Shown one piece after another: positions 1-7,842 of a DNA stretch of 28,323 bases (position 1 is the first letter of the stretch; each line of letters opens with the position of its first letter). The notes under the pieces are model-generated. The model saw only the letters and a list, made by a program, of their open reading frames with translations, was not told where the DNA came from and did no database searches. Origin of the DNA: Poseidonia sp. (GTDB taxonomy: Archaea > Thermoplasmatota > Poseidoniia > Poseidoniales > Poseidoniaceae); NCBI GenBank assembly GCA_034402455.1, contig DASCRS010000036.1, forward strand, positions 1 to 28,323, in the 5' to 3' direction. The position numbers were made by a program, and so were the translations under genes.

Positions 1-327
1 CTCAACATCGTGATTCCAGAAAACAGCAATCATTTGCTCAGCCAACTGATGTTCATGTTCGAATACAATGTTCGTCATGGAACAGTTATTGGTATCGTTG
101 GAGCCGGTGGTATTGGTTATTACATCAGTACATATCTCAAGTTTCTCCAGTACGACAAGGTGTTTGCCTTGCTGATTCTAATATTTGTTGTAGTGGTTAT
201 CATTGACCTGCTGTCTCTAATGATGCGGTCTTTTGTTAACGAAGAGGGCGATGTGAGAAAGCCGACATGGCTGGAAATGTTGATGAAGGCAAGAAAGCAC
301 AAGGGCGCCGCTGAAAAGGAATCTTAA
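1..327 (+). CDS. phnE: Phosphonate/phosphate ABC transporter permease, C-terminal part (5' end outside window)
   Basis: FEYNVRHGTVIGIVGAGGIG followed by a hydrophobic helix ending VVVIIDLLS matches the PhnE C-terminus. The true start is upstream of the window. Confidence 0.85.
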   Translation, partial: LNIVIPENSNHLLSQLMFMFEYNVRHGTVIGIVGAGGIGYYISTYLKFLQYDKVFALLILIFVVVVIIDLLSLMMRSFVNEEGDVRKPTWLEMLMKARKHKGAAEKES

Positions 328-543
328 TCAATCCGCAGCAATGTGTAATGAGCCGTCCTTGTAGAATATCTGGATTCGGTCGGATGCTTTCTTACTCAAT
401 GCAGAAATAGCTTCGTAGACTTCATCCTCTGAAACCTTGAATGTCTTCGCAGCGTCTTTTGTTGACCACGGTACGACATGGAATTCACTCTTTGACAGCC
501 ATTTCAATAACCTGGCTTCAAATTCAGAGAGTTCCTCGGACAT
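328..543 (-). CDS. Small hypothetical protein (71 aa), possibly winged-helix fold
   Basis: Fills the gap between phnE and gpsA, has an ATG start and an upstream A/T-rich element. WSTKDAAKTFKVSEDEVYEAISALSKK resembles a helix-turn-helix. Confidence 0.65.
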   Translation of the reverse strand: MSEELSEFEARLLKWLSKSEFHVVPWSTKDAAKTFKVSEDEVYEAISALSKKASDRIQIFYKDGSLHIAAD

Positions 544-589
544 AGTACGCTCACGAGGCTTTTACTCAAAACAGCACCGATGGACTTGG

Positions 590-1588
590 TTATCCAAGAG
601 CAACCATACGTCTGCAACATTCTTCTGCATCAATATCTCCATCGAGCAGCGTATTGAGTGCTTTTGTAAAGGGTACATTAAGTCCGCTGTCTTCAGCCCG
701 CTCAATAAACATCCGGGTCGCTCTTACTCCTTCAGCCACCATATGCATCTCTTCCAACGCTTGTTCAAGGTTGAGTCCAGTGCCGAGTTTTTCCCCCATG
801 CTACGGTTTCTTCCATGAGGTGAGGTTGCTGTAACATACATGTCTCCAAGGCCAGCTGGACCGAATGCAACCTCTGCTCGCGCTCCAAGTTCGGCAAGGA
901 GAAGGCACCCTTCTTTGAAACCAGACATGAAGATGGCCGCCTTGAGATTGTCACCGCCGAGGTCCCCTACTTGCTTCAATCCGTCTACAAGGCCACACGC
1001 AAGTGCTACTACATTCTTGTAGGCGCCCCATAATTCAGCACCCACTGGATCACTTGCTGGATGAAGAATGAAACTCGGCGTGCTGAGTGTACTTGCTAGG
1101 CGATTGGCTACAGCGTCGTCTTCACTGGCAACTAAAGCGGTGGTCATGACGCCACCAGCCGCCTCTGGAGCGATGGTGGGGCCGGTTAGGACCGCAAGAG
1201 GATTGGCTTTACCGGCTTCTTTGAGCATCCCATGAATCGCTTGAGAAATCAGCCTTTTTCCAGGCGCTAGGCCTTTAGCCAGATCAAGAAGGACATGGCC
1301 TGGCTGGAGGTGCGGCATGATGTCTTGAACAACATCAAGGATGACGGAAGAGGGAACTGCAAGGACGATAATTTCACTTCCATCAAGTGCTTCAGAAAGG
1401 TGCATGGTGGCATCCAATCCCCGAACAGGGTGGTCGGGAAGATACTTTGAGTTGATATCATCAAGGGTAATTGATTGATACACTTCTTCTTCAATGGTCC
1501 AACCTTTGACTTTGTGACCTTCAAGCAACCACAGACGTGCAATAGCAGTTCCCCAGTTTCCAAGTCCTAAAACAGCGATATGCGCCAT
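590..1588 (-). CDS. gpsA: NAD(P)H-dependent sn-glycerol-3-phosphate dehydrogenase (bacterial type)
   Basis: Rossmann motif GLGNWGTA, plus AKGL, TGPTIA, GAYKNVVA, GLGDMYVT..S..GRN and VAEGV. Confidence 0.95.
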   Translation of the reverse strand: MAHIAVLGLGNWGTAIARLWLLEGHKVKGWTIEEEVYQSITLDDINSKYLPDHPVRGLDATMHLSEALDGSEIIVLAVPSSVILDVVQDIMPHLQPGHVLLDLAKGLAPGKRLISQAIHGMLKEAGKANPLAVLTGPTIAPEAAGGVMTTALVASEDDAVANRLASTLSTPSFILHPASDPVGAELWGAYKNVVALACGLVDGLKQVGDLGGDNLKAAIFMSGFKEGCLLLAELGARAEVAFGPAGLGDMYVTATSPHGRNRSMGEKLGTGLNLEQALEEMHMVAEGVRATRMFIERAEDSGLNVPFTKALNTLLDGDIDAEECCRRMVALG

Positions 1589-1617
1589 AGCAATCGTCTG
1601 CTTCGCTACTTCTTTGG

Positions 1618-1623
1618 TTTATA
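1618..1623 (-). promoter_or_regulatory. Putative TATA box for gpsA
   Basis: Minus strand reads TATAAA about 30-35 nt upstream of the gpsA ATG. Confidence 0.5.
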
Positions 1624-1682
1624 CCATTTCCCGATGAAATCAACGACTTTATGCGGTTTTTAGAAGTTGAAGGTTAACGCCA

Positions 1683-2855
1683 TCAAAACAAGTCTTCGTC
1701 TTCTTCTTCAAAATCAAAGACATCGTCTTTGGCTTCCTTAGCTTTTGCAGGAGCCTTCTTTTTGTCTTTTGCAGGAGCCTTCTTTTTGTCTTTTGCTGGT
1801 TCCTTTTCGTCTTTCTTTTCGGGCTCGGGAACAGGCTCTTCTTTTTTGGGCTCAGTCGCTTCTTCACGAGCTTGAGCTTGCTGATTTTCACTGGTTTTCA
1901 ATTCTTCTTCACTCTTTCCAGTTTGAAGAGCAAGCGCTCTCCTTCGGTCTTCTCGGGCTTTACGCTCGAGTTGCCTGTGACGAGATTTCTCAATGTTTTG
2001 CATCATGTACATCGCATCGTGCTCCAACAGAGGAGAGTCTGAAATCAAGGTGATATCCAACCATCCGCCATCTTCAACGATGAATTCAGCTAGAGGTTCA
2101 AAGTTGAGGTCGGATTTTTTGATTTGAGTGTAATGCATTGCATTTCCAGTTCGATGCTCTACTCCAGAGAAATGGCAGTAAAATTCCTTGGTTCCAATTG
2201 ATTCTCGAACCATATCAAACAACTCCCCGTAGTCTTCAGAGGTACGCATACGGCCGTGGCCACGAGCATGAATATGAGCGATGTTGAGGACAGGAATAGT
2301 GCCTTCAACGTGATTGACAACTTCAAGAACTTCTTCCAAACTACCCCAGAGTTCTTGGCGCCCTGATGTTTCAACGCCAATCTTTGATGGCGTTCCATCC
2401 TTTATCCATGGGAATACAGGAAATTCATCTTCATCGTCATTCCAAATATCGTGGATGCGGTCAACAATTCCAGAAAATACATTGGCCACCTGTTCGTTTG
2501 CTTGGTGCCCTCTTCCAAATTCGCCGTAGTGACCTGCGTGGAGTGTGATGTGACGGGCATTAATCGTTCGAGCTGCTTGTAGGGTTGCTTCAATCTTAGC
2601 AAGTGAACGGCCCCGTTCAATCTTATTGCCTAGCAGTTCTGAGTAATATGGTCCGTGAATGTTCATCTCAAAATCGGTCTTGTTGGCTAGGACGCCTGCT
2701 TGCCAATATTGTTCAAAATGTTGAGGCGCAACCATGCGAACTGTTTGGACTTCCATTGTCTCAAGACCAAGTGAGATAATATCGTCCATTCCTTCAACAA
2801 TTGTGCGTCCCTTGCATGACAATGGAACGCCTGCTGGACCTAGTTTGATTGGCAT
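1683..2855 (-). CDS. Endonuclease IV-like / AP endonuclease family 2 TIM-barrel protein with a long charged C-terminal tail
   Basis: Starts MPIKLGPAGVP. Motifs IHGPYY, HAG, VETSG, HIHAR, HFSGVE and ISDSP fit the archaeal EndoIV-like family. Start moved to the ATG at 2855 because the ORF-track extension is not family-like. Confidence 0.8.
   Translation of the reverse strand: MPIKLGPAGVPLSCKGRTIVEGMDDIISLGLETMEVQTVRMVAPQHFEQYWQAGVLANKTDFEMNIHGPYYSELLGNKIERGRSLAKIEATLQAARTINARHITLHAGHYGEFGRGHQANEQVANVFSGIVDRIHDIWNDDEDEFPVFPWIKDGTPSKIGVETSGRQELWGSLEEVLEVVNHVEGTIPVLNIAHIHARGHGRMRTSEDYGELFDMVRESIGTKEFYCHFSGVEHRTGNAMHYTQIKKSDLNFEPLAEFIVEDGGWLDITLISDSPLLEHDAMYMMQNIEKSRHRQLERKAREDRRRALALQTGKSEEELKTSENQQAQAREEATEPKKEEPVPEPEKKDEKEPAKDKKKAPAKDKKKAPAKAKEAKDDVFDFEEEDEDLF
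1742..1796. repeat. In-frame 24-bp tandem repeat, about 2.3 copies
   Basis: CTTTTGCAGGAGCCTTCTTTTTGT at 1742-1765 and 1766-1789, plus a partial copy. Encodes the repeated PAKDKKKA unit in the EndoIV-like tail. Confidence 0.95.
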
Positions 2856-2997
2856 ATTTCCCCCCCCGCGAAACCAACCCAAGGTGCACCCTATGATAAC
2901 CTCTTTCTGTTGGCTGTCCGCTGTCATGGTGGCTCGGTGGTTGTTTCGATGGTAATTGCATACGACTCTTCATGAAGGTGAGGCTACAGCCACCTTC

Positions 2998-3723
2998 ATG
3001 GACGCTCGTCTAGAAAAGGCTATCAAGGCCTTCAAAAACGGTGAGCCAGTTTGCCTTTTTGATTCTGAAAAGCGAGAAGGTGAAACTGATTTATTGTTCC
3101 CTGGCGAACATGCAACTCCAGCAACCATGCGTCAGTTGCGTCAAGACTGTGGAGGGCTTCTATTTTTGGCCATTGGAGATGACGTCGGTGAATGCTTTGG
3201 CCTTCCATTTCTTCAAGACATACATACGGAGCCAACAGCGGTTGAGCAATTTCCTGTCTTGTCCCGCTTGGTGACCAACGACCTGCGTTACGACGCACGG
3301 TCAGCGTTCACACTCTCATTGAATCATCGTGAAACCTACACAGGAATCACCGATCACGACCGAGCGCTAACAACACGCCGTTTCGCACAGTTGGCAAAGG
3401 ATACGATGGAGCGTGGAGATGATTCTGAAACAGCCATGGAATCACTCGGAGCGGAGTTCCGAACACCAGGGCATATTCCTGTTTGCCGAGAAGCAAAGGG
3501 GGGGCTGTCTCGTCGCCAAGGCCACACGGAACTGGCAGTAGGGCTTGCACGCTTGGCAGGGATGACGCCAGTAGTCATCGGCGCAGAAATGCTCCAGCCA
3601 GACGGCGACTTTGCGCTGAGCGTCAACGACGCCCGCGAATGGGCCAGTCAACGAGGTATACCTTTCCTGGAAGGGGCTGATTTGATTCAAGCATTCAGCG
3701 AAGTTGGACCGTCATCCTCATGA
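2998..3723 (+). CDS. ribB: 3,4-dihydroxy-2-butanone 4-phosphate synthase
   Basis: LFDSEKREGETD, SAFTLSLNH, TGITDHDRALT, FRTPGHIP and RQGHTE. Start taken at the ATG at 2998. Confidence 0.93.
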   Translation: MDARLEKAIKAFKNGEPVCLFDSEKREGETDLLFPGEHATPATMRQLRQDCGGLLFLAIGDDVGECFGLPFLQDIHTEPTAVEQFPVLSRLVTNDLRYDARSAFTLSLNHRETYTGITDHDRALTTRRFAQLAKDTMERGDDSETAMESLGAEFRTPGHIPVCREAKGGLSRRQGHTELAVGLARLAGMTPVVIGAEMLQPDGDFALSVNDAREWASQRGIPFLEGADLIQAFSEVGPSSS

Positions 3724-4196
3724 AGAGCGAACGCTCCGTTCCCAAAGGTGATACTGTGAAACGCATCATGGCAGTTGGAGTTTTTGACCTGCTTCACGCT
3801 GGTCATCTTCATTATCTTGAACAAGCCAAAGCACTTGGCGACCACCTTACAGTGGTAGTTGCTCACGATGATACTGTTCGCAAGCGCAAGCACGACCCAA
3901 TCACTAATCAAGACCTCAGAAAGCGCATGGTTGAAGGGCTCAAACCGGTTGACAAAGTCATTGTTGGCAACCCTCCAGAAGTTCCAATCTTTGACATATT
4001 GCCAGTCATCAAGCCGAACACCATTGCTCTTGGATACGACCAAGAGCACGCCGAAGAAAACATTCGTTCCGCTCTCAAGTCCCGAGGGTTTGATTCTATA
4101 GAAGTTGTTCGCGTTGAAGGACTTACTGACGACCTCGACGGAACTCGCAAAATAATTGCCCGAATTCTGCAACGTGCGGCTCGAAAGGAGGAATGA
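3720..4196 (+). CDS. ribL: Archaeal FAD synthase (cytidylyltransferase family)
   Basis: GVFDLLHAGHLHYL (HxGH), VVAHD and ALGYDQ, within a riboflavin operon. ATGA overlap with ribB. Confidence 0.85.
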   Translation: MKSERSVPKGDTVKRIMAVGVFDLLHAGHLHYLEQAKALGDHLTVVVAHDDTVRKRKHDPITNQDLRKRMVEGLKPVDKVIVGNPPEVPIFDILPVIKPNTIALGYDQEHAEENIRSALKSRGFDSIEVVRVEGLTDDLDGTRKIIARILQRAARKEE

Positions 4197-4198
4197 GG

Positions 4199-4801
4199 AT
4201 GTTTACCGGAATCGTTCAGGGTAAAGGGACCCTTCTCTCACGCCAAAAAGGTGAACGTGTTGAGACGCTCACCGTTGAATTACCCAATGCGGCTGGACTT
4301 GAGAGAGGAGCAAGTGTAGCCATCAACGGTGTTTGCTTGACAGCAACTAATATTGACGGCCAAAAAGTCGCCTTTGATGTCATTCCCGAAACACTGGAGC
4401 GAACCACCTTGGGGGCGACTACTATTGGCGAATCCGTCAATGTCGAACGTTCGCTCAAGATGGGAGATGAACTCGGAGGGCATTTGCTTTCAGGGCACAT
4501 CATGGCGATGGTGAACGTTGTTCGCCTCATTCCACAAGGAGAAGGAATTGACCTCGCAATGAAAGCGCCTCAGCACCTCATGAAATACATTCACGAAAAA
4601 GGATATATCGGACTAGATGGAACCTCCCTCACTATTGGTGAGGTTAAGGACGATGTATTCAATATCCATCTTATTCCCGAAACGCTGAGTTTGACCACCT
4701 TTGGAGAGACTTCAGTCGGAGACTTGGTTAATGTTGAAATTGATTCCATGACGCAAACGGTAGTGTCAACCGTAGAGAGAATGATGAAACAGGAGAACTG
4801 A
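4199..4801 (+). CDS. ribE: Riboflavin synthase, bacterial/eukaryotic alpha-chain type
   Basis: N-terminal MFTGIV and two lumazine-binding repeats (GASVAINGVCLT, GYIGLDGTSLT). GGAGG lies 8 nt before the ATG at 4199. Confidence 0.95.
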   Translation: MFTGIVQGKGTLLSRQKGERVETLTVELPNAAGLERGASVAINGVCLTATNIDGQKVAFDVIPETLERTTLGATTIGESVNVERSLKMGDELGGHLLSGHIMAMVNVVRLIPQGEGIDLAMKAPQHLMKYIHEKGYIGLDGTSLTIGEVKDDVFNIHLIPETLSLTTFGETSVGDLVNVEIDSMTQTVVSTVERMMKQEN

Positions 4802-4812
4802 GGTGGCAATAC

Positions 4813-5196
4813 ATGAGCAAAAACATCGGCATAGTCTGTGGGTCCTTCCATCGTGAAGAAGTAGAGAGGATGCTTGGATGGGCGAGTGAAGAAGCTGCTG
4901 AGAACAACATGAAGATCACTCAAGTTGTATGGGTTCCCGGTTCAATGGAAGTCCCACTTGCACTTGACCGCATCCTCGAATCTTGCGATGCAGCCGCCTG
5001 TTTAGGAATCATTGAGAAAGGTGAAACACAACACGGGCTCGCTATGGGGCAAGCTGTCATCAAAACCATCCTTGAACTACAGTTAAAACACAACAAACCC
5101 ATTGGTTTGGGAATCATCGGACCAGGTGCTGAACCTCATCACATTGAACCACGCCTTGAACCTCATGCAAGAGCAGCAGTGTTGGCTCTTATTTGA
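4813..5196 (+). CDS. ribH: 6,7-dimethyl-8-ribityllumazine synthase
   Basis: VPGSMEVP, CLGIIEKGETQH and KPIGLGIIGPG. GAGGTGG ribosome-binding site at 4800-4806. Confidence 0.93.
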   Translation: MSKNIGIVCGSFHREEVERMLGWASEEAAENNMKITQVVWVPGSMEVPLALDRILESCDAAACLGIIEKGETQHGLAMGQAVIKTILELQLKHNKPIGLGIIGPGAEPHHIEPRLEPHARAAVLALI

Positions 5197-5210
5197 GCGA
5201 TGAAATATTT

Positions 5211-5870
5211 CTAAGGGCTTCGTCTTCGGATTTCATCTGAGAAGAAATTCATGACTTTGCTTTCAACACGCTGAATTTGCGCTGAAAGTGTAGATTTGGA
5301 AACACCCAAAAGTTCAGCAAGTGTGGTGAGGGTGATCTTTCTTTGAGGGTCGTAAAATCCCTCTCTAATCGCAATATCATAGACTTGACGTTGTCGTTCT
5401 GTCAACAACCGGCTCGAGGTGCTTCGAGTGGACACTAATCGGTGTGGAATATTTTCGTGCTTAAATTCTTCAATGAGTTTTCTCATTTTGTGTCTATCGC
5501 ATTCAATCACCCAATCAACCCATCCATCACGAATTTCAAATGGGGTTCTTGGAATGACGTGCAATTGCAACAAAGGTTTGAGGAAACCCCCTCCTCCAGC
5601 ATTAATAGTTACATGATAGCGATTGCTTTCAACCATTTCAAAGTCTGCTACTCCAAGGTGAGTCATGATGGTGGTCGACAAATCTTCGGTTGAAGAAATG
5701 ATACCTGATCCTTGACCTTTGGCCAAGGCCATGTGTTCGTCTATTCGAATAATAGAAGAAGGATGGCTTCTGGAAACATCGCCAGCCCAATGTCCGTTGG
5801 GTAAACGTACTTCAATTCTCATTTGGTGCGTTGTTTTGTTCTCTTCTCGTGGTTGTGACTTTATCGCCAT
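5211..5870 (-). CDS. HTH_10 (bacterio-opsin activator Bat / DmsR / NarO-type HTH) transcriptional regulator
   Basis: C-terminal LTERQRQVYDIAIREGFYDPQRKITLTTLAELLGVSKSTLSAQIQRVESKV is the HTH_10 signature. Confidence 0.9.
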   Translation of the reverse strand: MAIKSQPREENKTTHQMRIEVRLPNGHWAGDVSRSHPSSIIRIDEHMALAKGQGSGIISSTEDLSTTIMTHLGVADFEMVESNRYHVTINAGGGGFLKPLLQLHVIPRTPFEIRDGWVDWVIECDRHKMRKLIEEFKHENIPHRLVSTRSTSSRLLTERQRQVYDIAIREGFYDPQRKITLTTLAELLGVSKSTLSAQIQRVESKVMNFFSDEIRRRSP

Positions 5871-5933
5871 GCTAAATCTCCCAAAACCCTCAACTCAATA
5901 CAGTGGAGTGACAATTGTTCAAAAACAGTCGTC

Positions 5934-5975
5934 ATAAATAGCATTTGGGCGAACATCTCTTTACGAACATGTTCG
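5934..5975 (-). promoter_or_regulatory. Promoter of the HTH_10 gene: TATA-like element plus two CGAACAT boxes, one a perfect palindrome
   Basis: CGAACATCT at 5950-5958 and the 14-bp palindrome ACGAACATGTTCGT at 5963-5976. The minus strand reads CTATTTAT at 5941-5934. Confidence 0.75.
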
Positions 5976-5984
5976 TGCTGCTCA

Positions 5985-6599
5985 TTAGTCATCCATTGAT
6001 GAGTTCATTTGTTCCATGGTGATGATGAAAATAGCCGCAAAACCTACTCCCAAAAGGATGGTTGCGATCTCTCCTGAAGTGAATCCATCCGGTCCATCAA
6101 CAATAACCGCCTTTTTTGATGTGGTTATGCTTGTCGTGTCTTTCGTCCAGTGGTCACCACTTCCAGCTATACCATCGCCATTCACAGCATTACCGTATGT
6201 TGTGAAGGTTACAACAGTACCTTTGGAAGGTGCGTTCCATTGAACCGTCCAAGTCCGCTCATCGTTTCCTTCAGAGGTATGTGTTGCCTCTCCATCAAGT
6301 ATTTGCGTGAATATGTCCATTGAACCAAGGGTTCCAGTTGAAGCCCGAAGATTGAATCCTCCAGTGTTCAATCCGCTCGATTCTGGACCAGTGAGATTCA
6401 CATAAACAGTGTATGATTCACCGTGAGTCCAATTGAGGGGAACGCCTTCCACTGTCAGAGCAGCCTCATCTGAAATAGCGCCATCTCCATGACATGTACA
6501 TCCTGAATTAACACCATTTATTCCACTACTATAGCCGTTTGATAGGGGTGCTATGAATATCAATAGAAATGCGCAACTTACTCCAATGAGGTACCTCAT
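5985..6599 (-). CDS. Secreted, C-terminally membrane-anchored choice-of-anchor V / Reeler-like protein with a CxCH motif
   Basis: Signal peptide, SGCTCHG, GGFNL, THT, WTVQWNAP, GNAVNGDG and a C-terminal TM helix. Clearly paralogous to the Cox1 N-terminal domain. Confidence 0.8.
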   Translation of the reverse strand: MRYLIGVSCAFLLIFIAPLSNGYSSGINGVNSGCTCHGDGAISDEAALTVEGVPLNWTHGESYTVYVNLTGPESSGLNTGGFNLRASTGTLGSMDIFTQILDGEATHTSEGNDERTWTVQWNAPSKGTVVTFTTYGNAVNGDGIAGSGDHWTKDTTSITTSKKAVIVDGPDGFTSGEIATILLGVGFAAIFIITMEQMNSSMDD

Positions 6600-6636
6600 G
6601 GTGGTGCCTTAACCTTCTATATCACAAAGGTTAGAA

Positions 6637-6656
6637 CGAACATGTAAGCCCAACAT
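6637..6656 (-). promoter_or_regulatory. CGAACATGT-N7-ACAT box upstream of the CxCH protein
   Basis: CGAACATGT at 6637-6645, 38 bp from the ATG at 6599. Second ACAT at 6653-6656. Confidence 0.75.
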
Positions 6657-6668
6657 CTCAGATGCCTT

Positions 6669-7226
6669 TTATCGCAAAAATGGGTATTGCTCAACAATTC
6701 GAATACGACTCCACCACGAACCGAGCCCCCATGTGTCTCCACAGCGCATGTTCGCCATGCCAAGGCAGAGGATGGCATAGATTAGGTGATGATCGAAAAA
6801 AGGATTGTGTTCCTGTGGTATCGCAGATAACCAAATCATGAACAACATGAATGCACCAGAATAACCGCCAATCTGTGTACCCATTCCTGTGATGAATGCT
6901 AAGCCTACCATAAGTAGGCCAATCATGAAAAGCCATTCAACAGTAACACTGGTAGAAAGGCTTTGGAACCAATCTGCAAAAGGCCCTTGAGTGCTGTATT
7001 TGAGAAAACCTTGGGTTGGGTGACCACCGTTCACCCAGGCCTCCTCGCATCCAAATTTAGCTGATCCACCAACATTGCATGTAGAATCCCCTAGGCCAAA
7101 CGTTCGGTCCAAAAATGGCCATAAAAATACACAGCCCATTGCAATTCGAATCAGTGACCAATATCGCTCTTGAAGGAAATTAAACATGGTTGTTTCCTGT
7201 TCCGATTCTGCTTGAATTGGCGACAT
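6669..7226 (-). CDS. DoxX / DoxD-like membrane protein
   Basis: LIRIAMGCVFLWPFLDRTFGLG, WVNGGHPTQGFL, EWLFMIGLLMVGLA, HNPFFDHH and GDTWGLG. Start at 7226 has GGAG 7 nt upstream. Alternative start at 7187. Confidence 0.8.
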   Translation of the reverse strand: MSPIQAESEQETTMFNFLQERYWSLIRIAMGCVFLWPFLDRTFGLGDSTCNVGGSAKFGCEEAWVNGGHPTQGFLKYSTQGPFADWFQSLSTSVTVEWLFMIGLLMVGLAFITGMGTQIGGYSGAFMLFMIWLSAIPQEHNPFFDHHLIYAILCLGMANMRCGDTWGLGSWWSRIRIVEQYPFLR

Positions 7227-7275
7227 TAGGCATCTCCATATGGCGCATATGGAGGATATGTAGAGTATCCTACGC

Positions 7276-7295
7276 CGAACATGTCCCACTTACAT
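7276..7295 (-). promoter_or_regulatory. CGAACATGT-N7-ACAT box upstream of the DoxX gene
   Basis: CGAACATGTCCCACTTACA matches the 14675 site at 18 of 19 positions. It overlaps only a spurious ORF extension. Confidence 0.75.
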
Positions 7296-7311
7296 CAGTT
7301 TCGTAGACATT

Positions 7312-7842
7312 CTAACTACCCTCTGACATATTCCCCGCAGTTGCACCTGCCTTGGGTTGAACAGAAAAAACACCGCTCTCAGTATTGGAGGTTTTTCCAC
7401 AAAAAATCGCACAGTCAACAATCACTGAACCAGCACCAGGGATGTCAATTTGACACATTCCAGTACTCGAAAAGGCATACTCTCCCGGTGCGGGTGCGGT
7501 AAAGACCACACTGCTAGGGTGAGTCAAATCAAATGAATATGAGAGATTCAAATCAGGTACAGTGAGTGAATCAGCGATGAAGTGCTGTTCGTCGTATTTC
7601 CTAAAATGGAGACGTACACATTCATCTTCCTCAAATTCAATTGATGCGGTTTCAAACGTCATGTCGTAATTGACACAACCGTCATCAATCATCGTTTGAT
7701 CTTTGCACTCCTCCAAGAAGGAGCCCACCTCTTCATCACAAATGCTGGTTGACTCAGTGAACATCAGATTCGATGAAAATGATATCAGAACCATAATGGC
7801 ACAAATCAAATGCCCTTTGGCAATTTTCCAATCATTCTCCAT
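7312..7842 (-). CDS. Membrane-anchored cupredoxin-like protein with a degenerate copper site
   Basis: N-terminal hydrophobic helix, then SLTVPDLNLSYSF..VVFTAPAPGEYAFSSTGMC, a cupredoxin-type core lacking the usual first Cys, His and Met. Start overlaps the nirK stop (7842, or 7848). Confidence 0.65.
   Translation of the reverse strand: MENDWKIAKGHLICAIMVLISFSSNLMFTESTSICDEEVGSFLEECKDQTMIDDGCVNYDMTFETASIEFEEDECVRLHFRKYDEQHFIADSLTVPDLNLSYSFDLTHPSSVVFTAPAPGEYAFSSTGMCQIDIPGAGSVIVDCAIFCGKTSNTESGVFSVQPKAGATAGNMSEGS

Noticed and set aside
2860-2867. C8 tract upstream of the EndoIV-like start, and similar G/C runs near 14582 and 14767
   Set aside because: Short homopolymers with no evidence of phase variation. 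The first may simply act as a purine-rich RBS on the minus strand.
3105-3113. CGAACATGC in ribB, and CGAACATAA at 27382 in the MocA-like gene
   Set aside because: Partial matches inside coding sequence without promoter context.
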